Positions 48,322-56,953 of a stretch of 64,000 nucleotides of DNA are shown here, piece after piece. Under the pieces are notes generated by a model. The model worked only from the letters and a program-made list of their open reading frames with translations. It was not told the DNA's origin and did not search any database. Both the position numbers and the translations under genes were made by a program. The first letter of the stretch is position 1. Every line of letters begins with the position of its first letter. Origin of the DNA: an uncultured Clostridiaceae bacterium (lineage in GTDB: Bacteria; Bacillota; Clostridia; TANB77; CAG-465); assembly GCA_964371585.1 (NCBI GenBank), contig CAYJMD010000001.1, forward strand, positions 97,709-161,708, read 5' to 3'.

Positions 48322-49419
48322 ATGCAAAAATTAAATATTAATCATGATGAGACAATGTCTAGAAAAGATTATTTAAAAGATAAAAAGAAAAAACATAATA
48401 GATTAAATAAAAGAGGAAGAAGAAAATTAATAGTTCTTGGAATTATAACACTACTTGCATGCTATGTATTCTTTCAATTCTATGTATATTATAAAGAAAA
48501 TAATTATATATATTCAACAGATGATAATGTTGATAAACAAGAAGTATATGATATGTATTATCTATCAGAAGGTTATACATATGAGCCTAAAACTTCTTTA
48601 AACACAATGACAACAGATGGATTGCTTGAAAGTCAAAAAGAAGTTGCTAAAAATATAGGATTTACAAATATAACTGAATATGGAGATTTTATATATGGTA
48701 TTAGAGAAAATGGCCTATATAAAATCAATAAACTAACAGGTGAAGTTTCTGTTGTTTTAGAGGATGATGTAAATAAATTTACTACTTACAAAGATGAGAT
48801 ATATTTAATATCAACTTCTGAAAACATTTTAAAATCTGTTGATAAGAAAACTTTAGAAATTAAAGAATATGATGTGAAAAATGTTAAAGAAATACTTGTA
48901 GATGAAAATAGTTTATATCTGTGTGTTGATGATTTAGAAAAAAGTAACTTGGTTAAAATTAATAAAGACGGATCAAACAAACAAAATTTAACAGAAGATA
49001 AAATGGTATCATATGTTATTCAAGATGAAACTAGATTATACTATGTTAATAAAGATGATGAAAATAAATTATATTCTATTAATAAAGATGGTTCAGATTT
49101 AAAAAAAGTAGCAGATATAAAGTCGGTAGCAGATAAAGGCGATACTGATTATATAGACGGTAGTAAGTACATGTTTATTAAAGATGATTATTTATACTAT
49201 ATAAATGTAGATGATAATAGAAATCTTTGGAAAAAAAGTTTGATTTCTGATGAAAATGTTAAAGTTATTTCTAATTCAATTGAAATACTTGATTATGCTG
49301 AAGATACAGTATTTTATAAAATTAATAATGAAATGGGTGTGTATTTATTTAATTTAAATACTACATTTACTTCACAAATTACAGATAAATTAATTAAAGA
49401 ATTTATTATAGAAAGATAG
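48322..49419 (+). CDS. membrane-anchored DUF5050-like beta-propeller repeat protein
   Basis: Basic N-terminus plus a TM helix (LIVLGIITLLACYVFFQF). Repeated units of the type LYYVNKDDENKLYSINKDGSDLKK / LYLCVDD..SNLVKINKDGSN. Confidence 0.6.
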   Translation: MQKLNINHDETMSRKDYLKDKKKKHNRLNKRGRRKLIVLGIITLLACYVFFQFYVYYKENNYIYSTDDNVDKQEVYDMYYLSEGYTYEPKTSLNTMTTDGLLESQKEVAKNIGFTNITEYGDFIYGIRENGLYKINKLTGEVSVVLEDDVNKFTTYKDEIYLISTSENILKSVDKKTLEIKEYDVKNVKEILVDENSLYLCVDDLEKSNLVKINKDGSNKQNLTEDKMVSYVIQDETRLYYVNKDDENKLYSINKDGSDLKKVADIKSVADKGDTDYIDGSKYMFIKDDYLYYINVDDNRNLWKKSLISDENVKVISNSIEILDYAEDTVFYKINNEMGVYLFNLNTTFTSQITDKLIKEFIIER

Positions 49420-49421
49420 GA

Positions 49422-50312
49422 GTGAAAACTTTGAAAAAAGTAAGACTTATATATAACTCTATAGCTGGTCAAAGTAAGTTTAAGTACTTTTTAGATAGTA
49501 TAATAGAGAAATTTACTCAAAATGGATATGATGTATCATTATTTCGAGCTGGAAAAAAATCTAATTTGGATTTATATATTAAAAACACACCTAAAGATAC
49601 CTATGCAATAATAATAGCTGGTGGAGATGGAACTATAAATAGAGTAGTTAATTGTATGATGAAAAATGATATAAAAGTTCCAATTGCTGTTATACCAGCT
49701 GGAACTTCTAATGATTTTGCAAGACATATTAAAATGCCTAAAAATTTTGTTGATTGTATTGATAAAATTTTAGAAGGAAATATACAAGATGTAGATGTTG
49801 GACTTGTTAATGATAAATATTTTATTAATATTTGTGCAGCAGGACTATTTACTAATACATCACAAAAAGTAGATGTACTATTTAAGAATATAGCTGGTAA
49901 ACTATCATATTACGTTACAGGGTTACTTAGCATGATAAAATTTAGGCCTTTTTATTTAAAAATAGAAACAGATGAAAAAATTATAATTGAAAAAGTAGCA
50001 CTTATTCTTATTTTTAATGGGAGTAGTGTTGGTGGTATGGATACATTTACTGATAATTCTAGTATACAAGATGGTAAACTTGATGTAGTTGTTTTAAAAG
50101 ATGTACCAGTATATAAAATTGGACAGCTATTTATAAAACTATTAAGAAGAACACATATTGGAGATGAAAATGTTATATATCTTAAAGAGTCAAATTTAAC
50201 AGTTAGTAGAATAAAAGGTGATTGTGATCTTCCAGATGTTGATGGAGATGCTGGACCGGAATTTCCTATGGAAATAAAATGCATACATAAAGGACTTAAA
50301 ATGTTCTTATAG
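49422..50312 (+). CDS. diacylglycerol kinase family lipid kinase (DagK/YegS-like)
   Basis: IIAGGDGTINRVVN, IPAGTSNDFAR. GTG start after TAGGAG. Confidence 0.85.
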   Translation: MKTLKKVRLIYNSIAGQSKFKYFLDSIIEKFTQNGYDVSLFRAGKKSNLDLYIKNTPKDTYAIIIAGGDGTINRVVNCMMKNDIKVPIAVIPAGTSNDFARHIKMPKNFVDCIDKILEGNIQDVDVGLVNDKYFINICAAGLFTNTSQKVDVLFKNIAGKLSYYVTGLLSMIKFRPFYLKIETDEKIIIEKVALILIFNGSSVGGMDTFTDNSSIQDGKLDVVVLKDVPVYKIGQLFIKLLRRTHIGDENVIYLKESNLTVSRIKGDCDLPDVDGDAGPEFPMEIKCIHKGLKMFL

Positions 50313-50341
50313 TTTTATATATTATAAAGAGGTGTTAATAT

Positions 50342-50518
50342 ATGTTAGATGAAGAAAAATTTATAAATGACATTGAAAATTTAAAGCATGATTTAGCTAT
50401 TGAAAATATGCATATTACTGCTGAAGATGTTAATTTCATAAAAAAATATGCTAGTAATGAATTTACTCTAGAAGAAGGAATCAGTACTTTAATAACTTCA
50501 AGTACAGAGGTGATATAG
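50342..50518 (+). CDS. VbhA/YhfG-type antitoxin of the Fic protein (58 aa)
   Basis: Not in the ORF track. AGAGGTG RBS plus ATG 50342. MLDEEKFINDIENLKHDLAIENMHITAEDVNFIKKYASNEFTLEEGISTL aligns by eye with VbhA (..ALASQRLEGLEP....GELETSDVI). The inhibitory Glu sits in the context DLAIEN. The TAG stop abuts the fic ATG. Confidence 0.6.
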   Translation: MLDEEKFINDIENLKHDLAIENMHITAEDVNFIKKYASNEFTLEEGISTLITSSTEVI

Positions 50519-51121
50519 ATGAATAATATAGATGAGTCATATTCTTCAAAAACATCACTCTACTGTTATAAAGATACAAATATATTAATTAATAAGTTAG
50601 ATATTAAAAGTGAAAAGAAGTTACACACTCTTGAAAGAAAAATTGTACTTCTTAAATCTTATGAATTAAGACAAAAAAATGTAACTGGTGATTTTTCTAT
50701 TAATCACTTTAAGAATATTCATAAATTCTTATTTGAAAATATTTATGATTTTGCAGGAGAATTTAGAAAAGAAGATATAGCTAAAGATAGTTTTAGATTT
50801 GCTAGTTTTTTATATATTGAAGATGAATTAAATAGAATACTAAATAAATTAAAATTAGAAAATTATTTAATTGGTATATCTAAAGAAAATCTTTCTAAAG
50901 AACTTGCATATTATCTTGCTGAAATAAATGTGCTACATCCTTTTAGAGAAGGTAATGGAAGAGTTACAAGAGAATTTATAAGACAAATAGCATATAATGC
51001 TGGTTATAAGTTTGATTTGAGATCTATAGAGCCTAAAGCTATATTAGATGCTTGTATTAAATCTGTATACGATACAATAGATTTGGAAAATATAATTAAA
51101 GAATGTTTATTTAAAATATAA
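50519..51121 (+). CDS. fic: Fic family protein (class I, E. coli Fic/FicT-like, AMP-transferase motif intact)
   Basis: Canonical Fic motif HPFREGNGRVTR. N-terminal YCYKDTNILINKLDI and IHKFLFENIYDFAGEFR resemble E. coli Fic. 200 aa. Confidence 0.88.
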   Translation: MNNIDESYSSKTSLYCYKDTNILINKLDIKSEKKLHTLERKIVLLKSYELRQKNVTGDFSINHFKNIHKFLFENIYDFAGEFRKEDIAKDSFRFASFLYIEDELNRILNKLKLENYLIGISKENLSKELAYYLAEINVLHPFREGNGRVTREFIRQIAYNAGYKFDLRSIEPKAILDACIKSVYDTIDLENIIKECLFKI

Positions 51122-52284
51122 TGGAGAAAATTATGGATAAAAATTTGATTAAAGAGATTAAAATAACAAGTTTAGAAAATGAAGAAAGAAGTTTAAATAA
51201 ATTTGCTAAAAAAAGTAAAGAAGCTACATATTTAAATAATTACAAAGATGATGAATATGATTTAAGACTTAGTTTTGCTCGTGATATAGATAGAATTATT
51301 CATAGTAATTCATATACTAGATACATCGGTAAAGCTCAGGTTCATATAGGAATAAATAATGATATGATTTCAACTAGAAGTACTCATGTTCAATTTGTTG
51401 CAAGAGTTTCTAGAACTATTGCAAGAGCTTTAAATCTAAATGAAGATTTATGTGAAGCTATATCTCTTGGACATGATTTAGGTCATACACCATTTGGTCA
51501 TGTAGGTGAAAGAATTTTAAATAAATTGTCTTATGAAAAATTAGGAGAATATTTTAATCATAATATACAAAGTGTAAGAACTTTATTGAATGTTGAAAAT
51601 AAAGGTAATGGTCTTAATATTTCTCTTGAGGTTTTAGATGGAATAATGTCTCATAATGGAGAATTTCTTTTAAATAAATATATGCCAGCAAGTAAAAGTG
51701 TAGAAGAATTTTTTAATGAATATAATCTTTCATATACAGATGAATCTGTAATAAAACAAATGAGACCAATGACTTTAGAAGGTTGTATTGTTAGAATATC
51801 AGATATGATTGCATATCTAGGTAAAGATATTGAAGATGCTATAAAATTAAATAGATTTACAACTAGTGAGCTTGATGAAGAGATAATAGAGTACTTGGGT
51901 GTTACAAATTCTCAAATTATGACTAGTATGATTGGAGATATAATTGAAAATAGTTATGGTAAAGATCATATTACAATGTCAGAAAACATGTTTAGATTGA
52001 TAAATAAAGCGAAAGCCTTAAATTATAAAAAAATATATAGAAAAGCACATAGAGATTATGAATTACTTAAATATGAAGATATGTTTACTAAACTATACGA
52101 TATATATTTTGAAGCTATAGCAGATAATGATTTATCAAATAGTATAAATAAGAATTTTTTAAGTGATAAATGTGATAAATACTTAAATGAAACTTGTGTA
52201 GAAAGAAAAATTATTGATTACTTAGCAGGTATGACTGATAGATATATTACTAGCGAGTATGAAAAATATGTTACAAATAAATAA
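51121..52284 (+). CDS. dGTP triphosphohydrolase-like HD-domain protein
   Basis: FARDIDRIIHSNSYTRYIGKAQV, STRSTHVQFVARVSR, SLGHDLGHTPFGHVGE, and C-terminal YLAGMTDRY. ATG 51121 shares its A with the fic TAA. The alternative ATG 51133 has GGAGA 6 nt upstream. Confidence 0.85.
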   Translation: MEKIMDKNLIKEIKITSLENEERSLNKFAKKSKEATYLNNYKDDEYDLRLSFARDIDRIIHSNSYTRYIGKAQVHIGINNDMISTRSTHVQFVARVSRTIARALNLNEDLCEAISLGHDLGHTPFGHVGERILNKLSYEKLGEYFNHNIQSVRTLLNVENKGNGLNISLEVLDGIMSHNGEFLLNKYMPASKSVEEFFNEYNLSYTDESVIKQMRPMTLEGCIVRISDMIAYLGKDIEDAIKLNRFTTSELDEEIIEYLGVTNSQIMTSMIGDIIENSYGKDHITMSENMFRLINKAKALNYKKIYRKAHRDYELLKYEDMFTKLYDIYFEAIADNDLSNSINKNFLSDKCDKYLNETCVERKIIDYLAGMTDRYITSEYEKYVTNK

Positions 52285-52308
52285 TTATAGAAAAGGTGAG
52301 ATAATAAT

Positions 52309-54729
52309 ATGTATAATAAAATAATAGATGCTAAATGGCAAAACAAATGGGATGAAGCCAAATGTTACAATGCTACAAATGATTTTTCAAAAGAAAAATT
52401 CTATTCACTAGTAGAATTTCCATATCCATCAGGTGCAGGAATGCATGTTGGACATATTCGTGCATATATGGGAATGGATGTAATTTCTAGAATGAAAAGA
52501 TTACAAGGATATAATGTACTATTTCCAATAGGATTTGATGCTTTTGGTCTTCCTACTGAAAATTATGCTATGAAAACTAATATACATCCAAGAAAAGTTA
52601 CAGATGATAATATAAAAACATTTACAAAACAATTAAAATCTGTTGGTTTTTCTTTTGACTATGATAGAGTAATAGACACTACGACTGATGACTATGTTAA
52701 ATGGACTCAGTGGATATTCTTAAAACTATTTGAAAAGGGACTAGCATATAAAGATAAAACATATGTAAATTATTGCCCTAAATGTAGAGTAATACTTGCA
52801 AATGAAGAGGCTCAAGGTGGAGTTTGTGATAGATGTGATACACCAACTGTTCAAAAAGAAAAAGAAGTTTGGATGCTTAAAATAACTGATTATGCAGATA
52901 AACTACTTGAAGGATTAGAAGAAGTTGATTATCCTGAAAGAATAAAAATTGAGCAACAAAATTGGATAGGTAGAAGTTATGGTGCTGAGATTGATTTTGA
53001 TGTTACTAACACTTCATCTAAACTTAAAGTATATACAACAAGACCAGATACGATATTTGGTGCTACATATATGGCTATTGCTCCAGAACATGAATTAATT
53101 GAAAACTCTAAAGATGTAATAGAAAATTATGATGAACTTATGGCCTACAAAGAAGAAGCTTTAAGAAAATCAGAATTTGAAAGAGTTGAACTAGTTAAAG
53201 ATAAAACTGGAGTAGTTATCAAAGGACTAGAAGGTATAAATCCAATAAATGGTACTAAAATGCCTATAGTTGTTGCCGACTATGTAATGCTTGGTTATGG
53301 TACAGGTGCTATTATGGCTGTTCCAGCCCATGATACACGTGATTTTGAATTTGCTACTAAGTTTAAATTACCTATAATTGAAGTTATAGCTAAAGATGGC
53401 ATTAAATCTGATGATATTAAAGAAGCGTATACAGAAAATGGTATACTTGTTAATTCAGATTTCTTAAATGGTTTAAATGTTACAGAAGCGAAAGAAAAAA
53501 TGCTTAAATATTTAGAAAGTAATAAAATAGGTAATAGAAAAACTAATTATCATATGAAAGATTGGGCTTTTGCAAGACAAAGATATTGGGGAGAACCACT
53601 ACCTATCGTTAATTGTCCTCATTGTGGACTTGTTAAAGAAAAAGAAGAAAATCTTCCAATTACACTTCCAGATTTAGAACAATTTATGCCTGGTGAAGAT
53701 GGAGAGTCACCACTTGCTAAAGTTGATTTATGGGTTAATACTAAATGCCCAGTTTGCTCTAGAGATGCTAAAAGGGAGACAGATACAATGCCACAATGGG
53801 CAGGTTCTTCATGGTATTTCTTAAGATATACTGATCCTAAAAATGTAAATGAGTTTGCAAGTAAAGAAAATTTAAAATACTGGCTTGAAGTTGATCAATA
53901 TAATGGTGGTATGGAACATGTAACAAGACATTTAATATATTCAAGATTTTGGCATAGATTCTTATATGATATAGGGATGGTGCCTACTAAAGAACCATAT
54001 GCTAGACGTAGTACACAAGGCTTAATACTTGCTGAAGATGGATCTAAAATGTCTAAATCTAAAGGTAATGTAGTAAATCCTGATGATATAACTAAGGAAT
54101 ATGGTGCTGATACTTTAAGAACATATATACTATTTATTGGTGATTATTCTCTTAATGCTCCTTGGTCTGAAAATGGTGTTAAAGGTGCTAAAAAATTCTT
54201 AGATAGAGTTGTACGTTTAGAATCATTTGCTACTAATGAAGATATTGTAAATAAAGAACTAGAAATAGAGCTTAATATAATGATTAAAAAAGTAACAGAG
54301 GATTATACAGCAATGAAATACAATACTGCAATTGCATGCATGATGTCATATGTGAACTTATTATATAAAGAAGAAAAGGTAAGTGCTAAATATATTATTC
54401 CGCTTCTTAAACTATTATATCCAATTGCTCCACATACTGCTGAAGAAGTATTCTCAATGATTACTAATAATGCAAATGATGAATATATATATAACAGTAA
54501 ATGGCCAAACTATGATAGTAGTAAACTTATATATGATGAAGTAGAAATGGCAGTAATGATCAATTCGAAAGTAAGGTATAAAATAAACGTTACAAGTACT
54601 AGTAGCGATGAAGAAATTAAAGACATAGCTTTTAATGATTCTGAATTTAAAAACTATTTAACAGAAGGTAAAGAAATAAAAAAAGTTATAGTTGTTAAAG
54701 GTAGAATGGTTAACATTGTTATAACATAA
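52309..54729 (+). CDS. leuS: leucine--tRNA ligase
   Basis: FPYPSGAGMHVGH (HIGH), KMSKSKGN (KMSKS), CP1 editing domain, zinc motifs CPKC/CDRC. 806 aa. Confidence 0.95.
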   Translation: MYNKIIDAKWQNKWDEAKCYNATNDFSKEKFYSLVEFPYPSGAGMHVGHIRAYMGMDVISRMKRLQGYNVLFPIGFDAFGLPTENYAMKTNIHPRKVTDDNIKTFTKQLKSVGFSFDYDRVIDTTTDDYVKWTQWIFLKLFEKGLAYKDKTYVNYCPKCRVILANEEAQGGVCDRCDTPTVQKEKEVWMLKITDYADKLLEGLEEVDYPERIKIEQQNWIGRSYGAEIDFDVTNTSSKLKVYTTRPDTIFGATYMAIAPEHELIENSKDVIENYDELMAYKEEALRKSEFERVELVKDKTGVVIKGLEGINPINGTKMPIVVADYVMLGYGTGAIMAVPAHDTRDFEFATKFKLPIIEVIAKDGIKSDDIKEAYTENGILVNSDFLNGLNVTEAKEKMLKYLESNKIGNRKTNYHMKDWAFARQRYWGEPLPIVNCPHCGLVKEKEENLPITLPDLEQFMPGEDGESPLAKVDLWVNTKCPVCSRDAKRETDTMPQWAGSSWYFLRYTDPKNVNEFASKENLKYWLEVDQYNGGMEHVTRHLIYSRFWHRFLYDIGMVPTKEPYARRSTQGLILAEDGSKMSKSKGNVVNPDDITKEYGADTLRTYILFIGDYSLNAPWSENGVKGAKKFLDRVVRLESFATNEDIVNKELEIELNIMIKKVTEDYTAMKYNTAIACMMSYVNLLYKEEKVSAKYIIPLLKLLYPIAPHTAEEVFSMITNNANDEYIYNSKWPNYDSSKLIYDEVEMAVMINSKVRYKINVTSTSSDEEIKDIAFNDSEFKNYLTEGKEIKKVIVVKGRMVNIVIT

Positions 54730-54850
54730 ATAAAAAACAAGATTATATTATATATAGTCTTGTTTTTTTATGTAAATAATGTTATAATTATATACGTAAT
54801 AATATAAAAAATATACACTGATTATGTGTATGGTTAAGACAGGAGAAAAA

Positions 54851-55054
54851 ATGCAAGAACTAAAAACACTAATGAATGATTTAACTTTAAAATCATTAAT
54901 ATTGATTGTACATGTTTTGATTATTTTTATTATAATCATATTTATACAATTTAATATTAATTTAAACTTATTATCTGCTAAAGTAGATAATTTAGAAAAA
55001 CAGGTAGCTAATTATTCACAAAAAATTTCTGAATTTAATATTAATTTAAATTAA
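54851..55054 (+). CDS. small membrane/coiled-coil protein, hypothetical
   Basis: AGGAGAAAAA RBS plus ATG 54851. One TM helix (LILIVHVLIIFIIIIFI) followed by a short coiled coil. Confidence 0.4.
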   Translation: MQELKTLMNDLTLKSLILIVHVLIIFIIIIFIQFNINLNLLSAKVDNLEKQVANYSQKISEFNINLN

Positions 55055-55101
55055 AAGTAATGAATTGTAAAATCTAATGATTTAATAAATCATTTAACAT
55101 A

Positions 55102-55132
55102 AAATAACACTGAAAAATTTTCAGTGTTATTT
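55102..55132. repeat. palindromic hairpin, copy 1 (bidirectional terminator-like); near-identical to 59960-59988
   Basis: AAATAACACTGAAAA, A, TTTTCAGTGTTATTT: a perfect 15+15 palindrome lying between convergent genes. Confidence 0.8.
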
Positions 55133-55171
55133 TTATTTAAATTATTATTACTACTATTATTTAAATACTTA

Positions 55172-55507
55172 CTATGGTACTGTTTCTGGTTCTGGTGCTT
55201 CTTCAGTTTGAGATGCTAAAGATACAACATCTTCCATTTTCATACCGATTAACATTTGATTTTTTATAACGTCTCTTAGCATCTTGTTTGATGATTTATT
55301 TATTTCCATGATTTCATCTAAACTAGCAGCAGTTCCATTAGCTGTTTCAAGTGTTCCTAAAGCGAATTGAATTTTTTCAGCTTCAGCATTAACGATATGG
55401 GCCATACTAAGTTCTTCCATACCTATTGAAGATAAGATTACATTTAATGCATCATCTCTTGAAATAGTAACTGTTGGACTTAAATCTGGTATACTTGGCA
55501 TTGACAT
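55172..55507 (-). CDS. small acidic protein (111 aa), putative partner/anchor of the 985-aa repeat protein
   Basis: AGGAGGG RBS. No signal peptide. Helical motif GMEELSMAHIVNAEAEKIQFALG. Residues about 60-97 (LDEIMEINKSSNKMLRDVIKNQMLIGMKMEDVVSL) are homologous to the C-terminus of ORF 56954-59911. Confidence 0.7.
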   Translation of the reverse strand: MSMPSIPDLSPTVTISRDDALNVILSSIGMEELSMAHIVNAEAEKIQFALGTLETANGTAASLDEIMEINKSSNKMLRDVIKNQMLIGMKMEDVVSLASQTEEAPEPETVP

Positions 55508-55556
55508 ATATTTTTCCCTCCTAAAATTTAATCAAGAGTATTATTAACTCTTAATG

Positions 55557-55584
55557 TATACTATGAGTTTGTATATAATCATGT
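55557..55584 (-). promoter_or_regulatory. sigma-K-like promoter upstream of the 111-aa gene
   Basis: The minus strand reads AC, a 17-nt spacer, then CATAGTATA, which fits the AC-17-CATAnnnTA consensus. It lies about 50 nt upstream of the ATG. The motif has low information content in AT-rich DNA. Confidence 0.4.
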
Positions 55585-55781
55585 TACAAATTGATATATA
55601 AGTAACAAAATAAAAAATGTGTCGTACTATATAATAAGGAAATATGACTTTTTAATTAAGAGTTATAATTCTAAAACATTTATACAGTTACACTAGTAGG
55701 ATTTGTATACTACTAATAAATATATGTAAGTGTTATAAATAATATAATTCAAAATATAATTTATCAAAAGGGAGTGTTTTT

Positions 55782-56939
55782 ATGAATATATTTAAAAAAT
55801 TATTTAAAAGAAAAGAAGAAATTAAACTTACAGAAGAAGTAGTGGAAAATGTAAAGGAAGAAAATAGCATTTTATCTGAGCAAATAACTAATAATGAAAC
55901 TGTAGAAATACAAAGAAAAGATAAAATTATAGAAGAAATAAATATAACTGAAAAATCAAAAGAAGATGAAGTGATAGAGCTTAATAATGAAATCAATAGT
56001 GATTATATAATTGAAGAAAGCAGTATAACCAATGATAACATATCTGAATATGTAGATATTGTAAATGAAGTAGAAAAATGGACAGATAATGTATCTGATG
56101 AATTTAAAGAAATAATACGATTTAAAAAGTTATTCGAAATACTTTTAAAACTAAATAAAACAACTACTACAAAAGTAGATATTGAAACTACAAATGAAGT
56201 AGTGAAAAATATTGTTGAAAAAGAAAAATTATTACTAGATCAAACTAATTCTTCTATAGAAAAAGATGAAAATAATAATAATATTAAATTAATGAATGAT
56301 TTACTAAGTATTTTTAATAATACTAATATTTTAGAAGCTAAAGAGTTAGATATCAATTACGAAAATTTTTATTTGTTGCCTCAATATAAATATACGATTG
56401 AGTTAGAAAATATTATTAATTTTTTTAAAGAAGATAAACATAATACTGCTATAAAAAATGAATTAGATATAGAATATAGCGAATTTGAAAAAATAGCTAA
56501 AAATATAATACCCAAAAGTAAAAAAACAGCTCATGATGTAACAGTATTTAGTAGTGAAATAGAAAATTTTAGAAAAGAAGTTGAGCAATTTTCTATAACA
56601 CTCGCTAAAGCTAAATCTTTAAGTAAAATTGAGCTTAAAGGTCAATATGATAAATTAACAAGAGAAAGAGCAGCTCTTCTTAATAAAAAAGAAGCATATA
56701 TGACTAAAGAAGAAAGTCTAAATGTAAATATTAGAGCTACTATAAAAGAGCAGGAAGTATTTATTACTAAATTCTTAGATATAGCTGAATATTTAAAAAT
56801 ATATATAAAGCAGGAATTAGCAGACGAAAAATTAAAAAATCCTACATATACAAATGATAAAACTAGAGCTAAAATACAAGAGATTAAGTATAGTATAGAG
56901 GTATTAACTAATTTAGATAATATACTAAAAATAGAGTGA
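55782..56939 (+). CDS. coiled-coil protein (385 aa), hypothetical
   Basis: AAAGGGAG RBS. E/K/N-rich and helical, with no TM helix or signal peptide. 14 nt upstream of the 985-aa gene. Confidence 0.6.
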   Translation: MNIFKKLFKRKEEIKLTEEVVENVKEENSILSEQITNNETVEIQRKDKIIEEINITEKSKEDEVIELNNEINSDYIIEESSITNDNISEYVDIVNEVEKWTDNVSDEFKEIIRFKKLFEILLKLNKTTTTKVDIETTNEVVKNIVEKEKLLLDQTNSSIEKDENNNNIKLMNDLLSIFNNTNILEAKELDINYENFYLLPQYKYTIELENIINFFKEDKHNTAIKNELDIEYSEFEKIAKNIIPKSKKTAHDVTVFSSEIENFRKEVEQFSITLAKAKSLSKIELKGQYDKLTRERAALLNKKEAYMTKEESLNVNIRATIKEQEVFITKFLDIAEYLKIYIKQELADEKLKNPTYTNDKTRAKIQEIKYSIEVLTNLDNILKIE

Positions 56940-56953
56940 AAGGGATGTGAAAA

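Noticed and set aside
55782-56939. The 385-aa coiled-coil protein was considered as a TelA/YaaN-like toxic-anion-resistance family member because of its size and helical character.
   Set aside because: I could not align any of the TelA-type sequence blocks I remember. The similarity is limited to length and composition.
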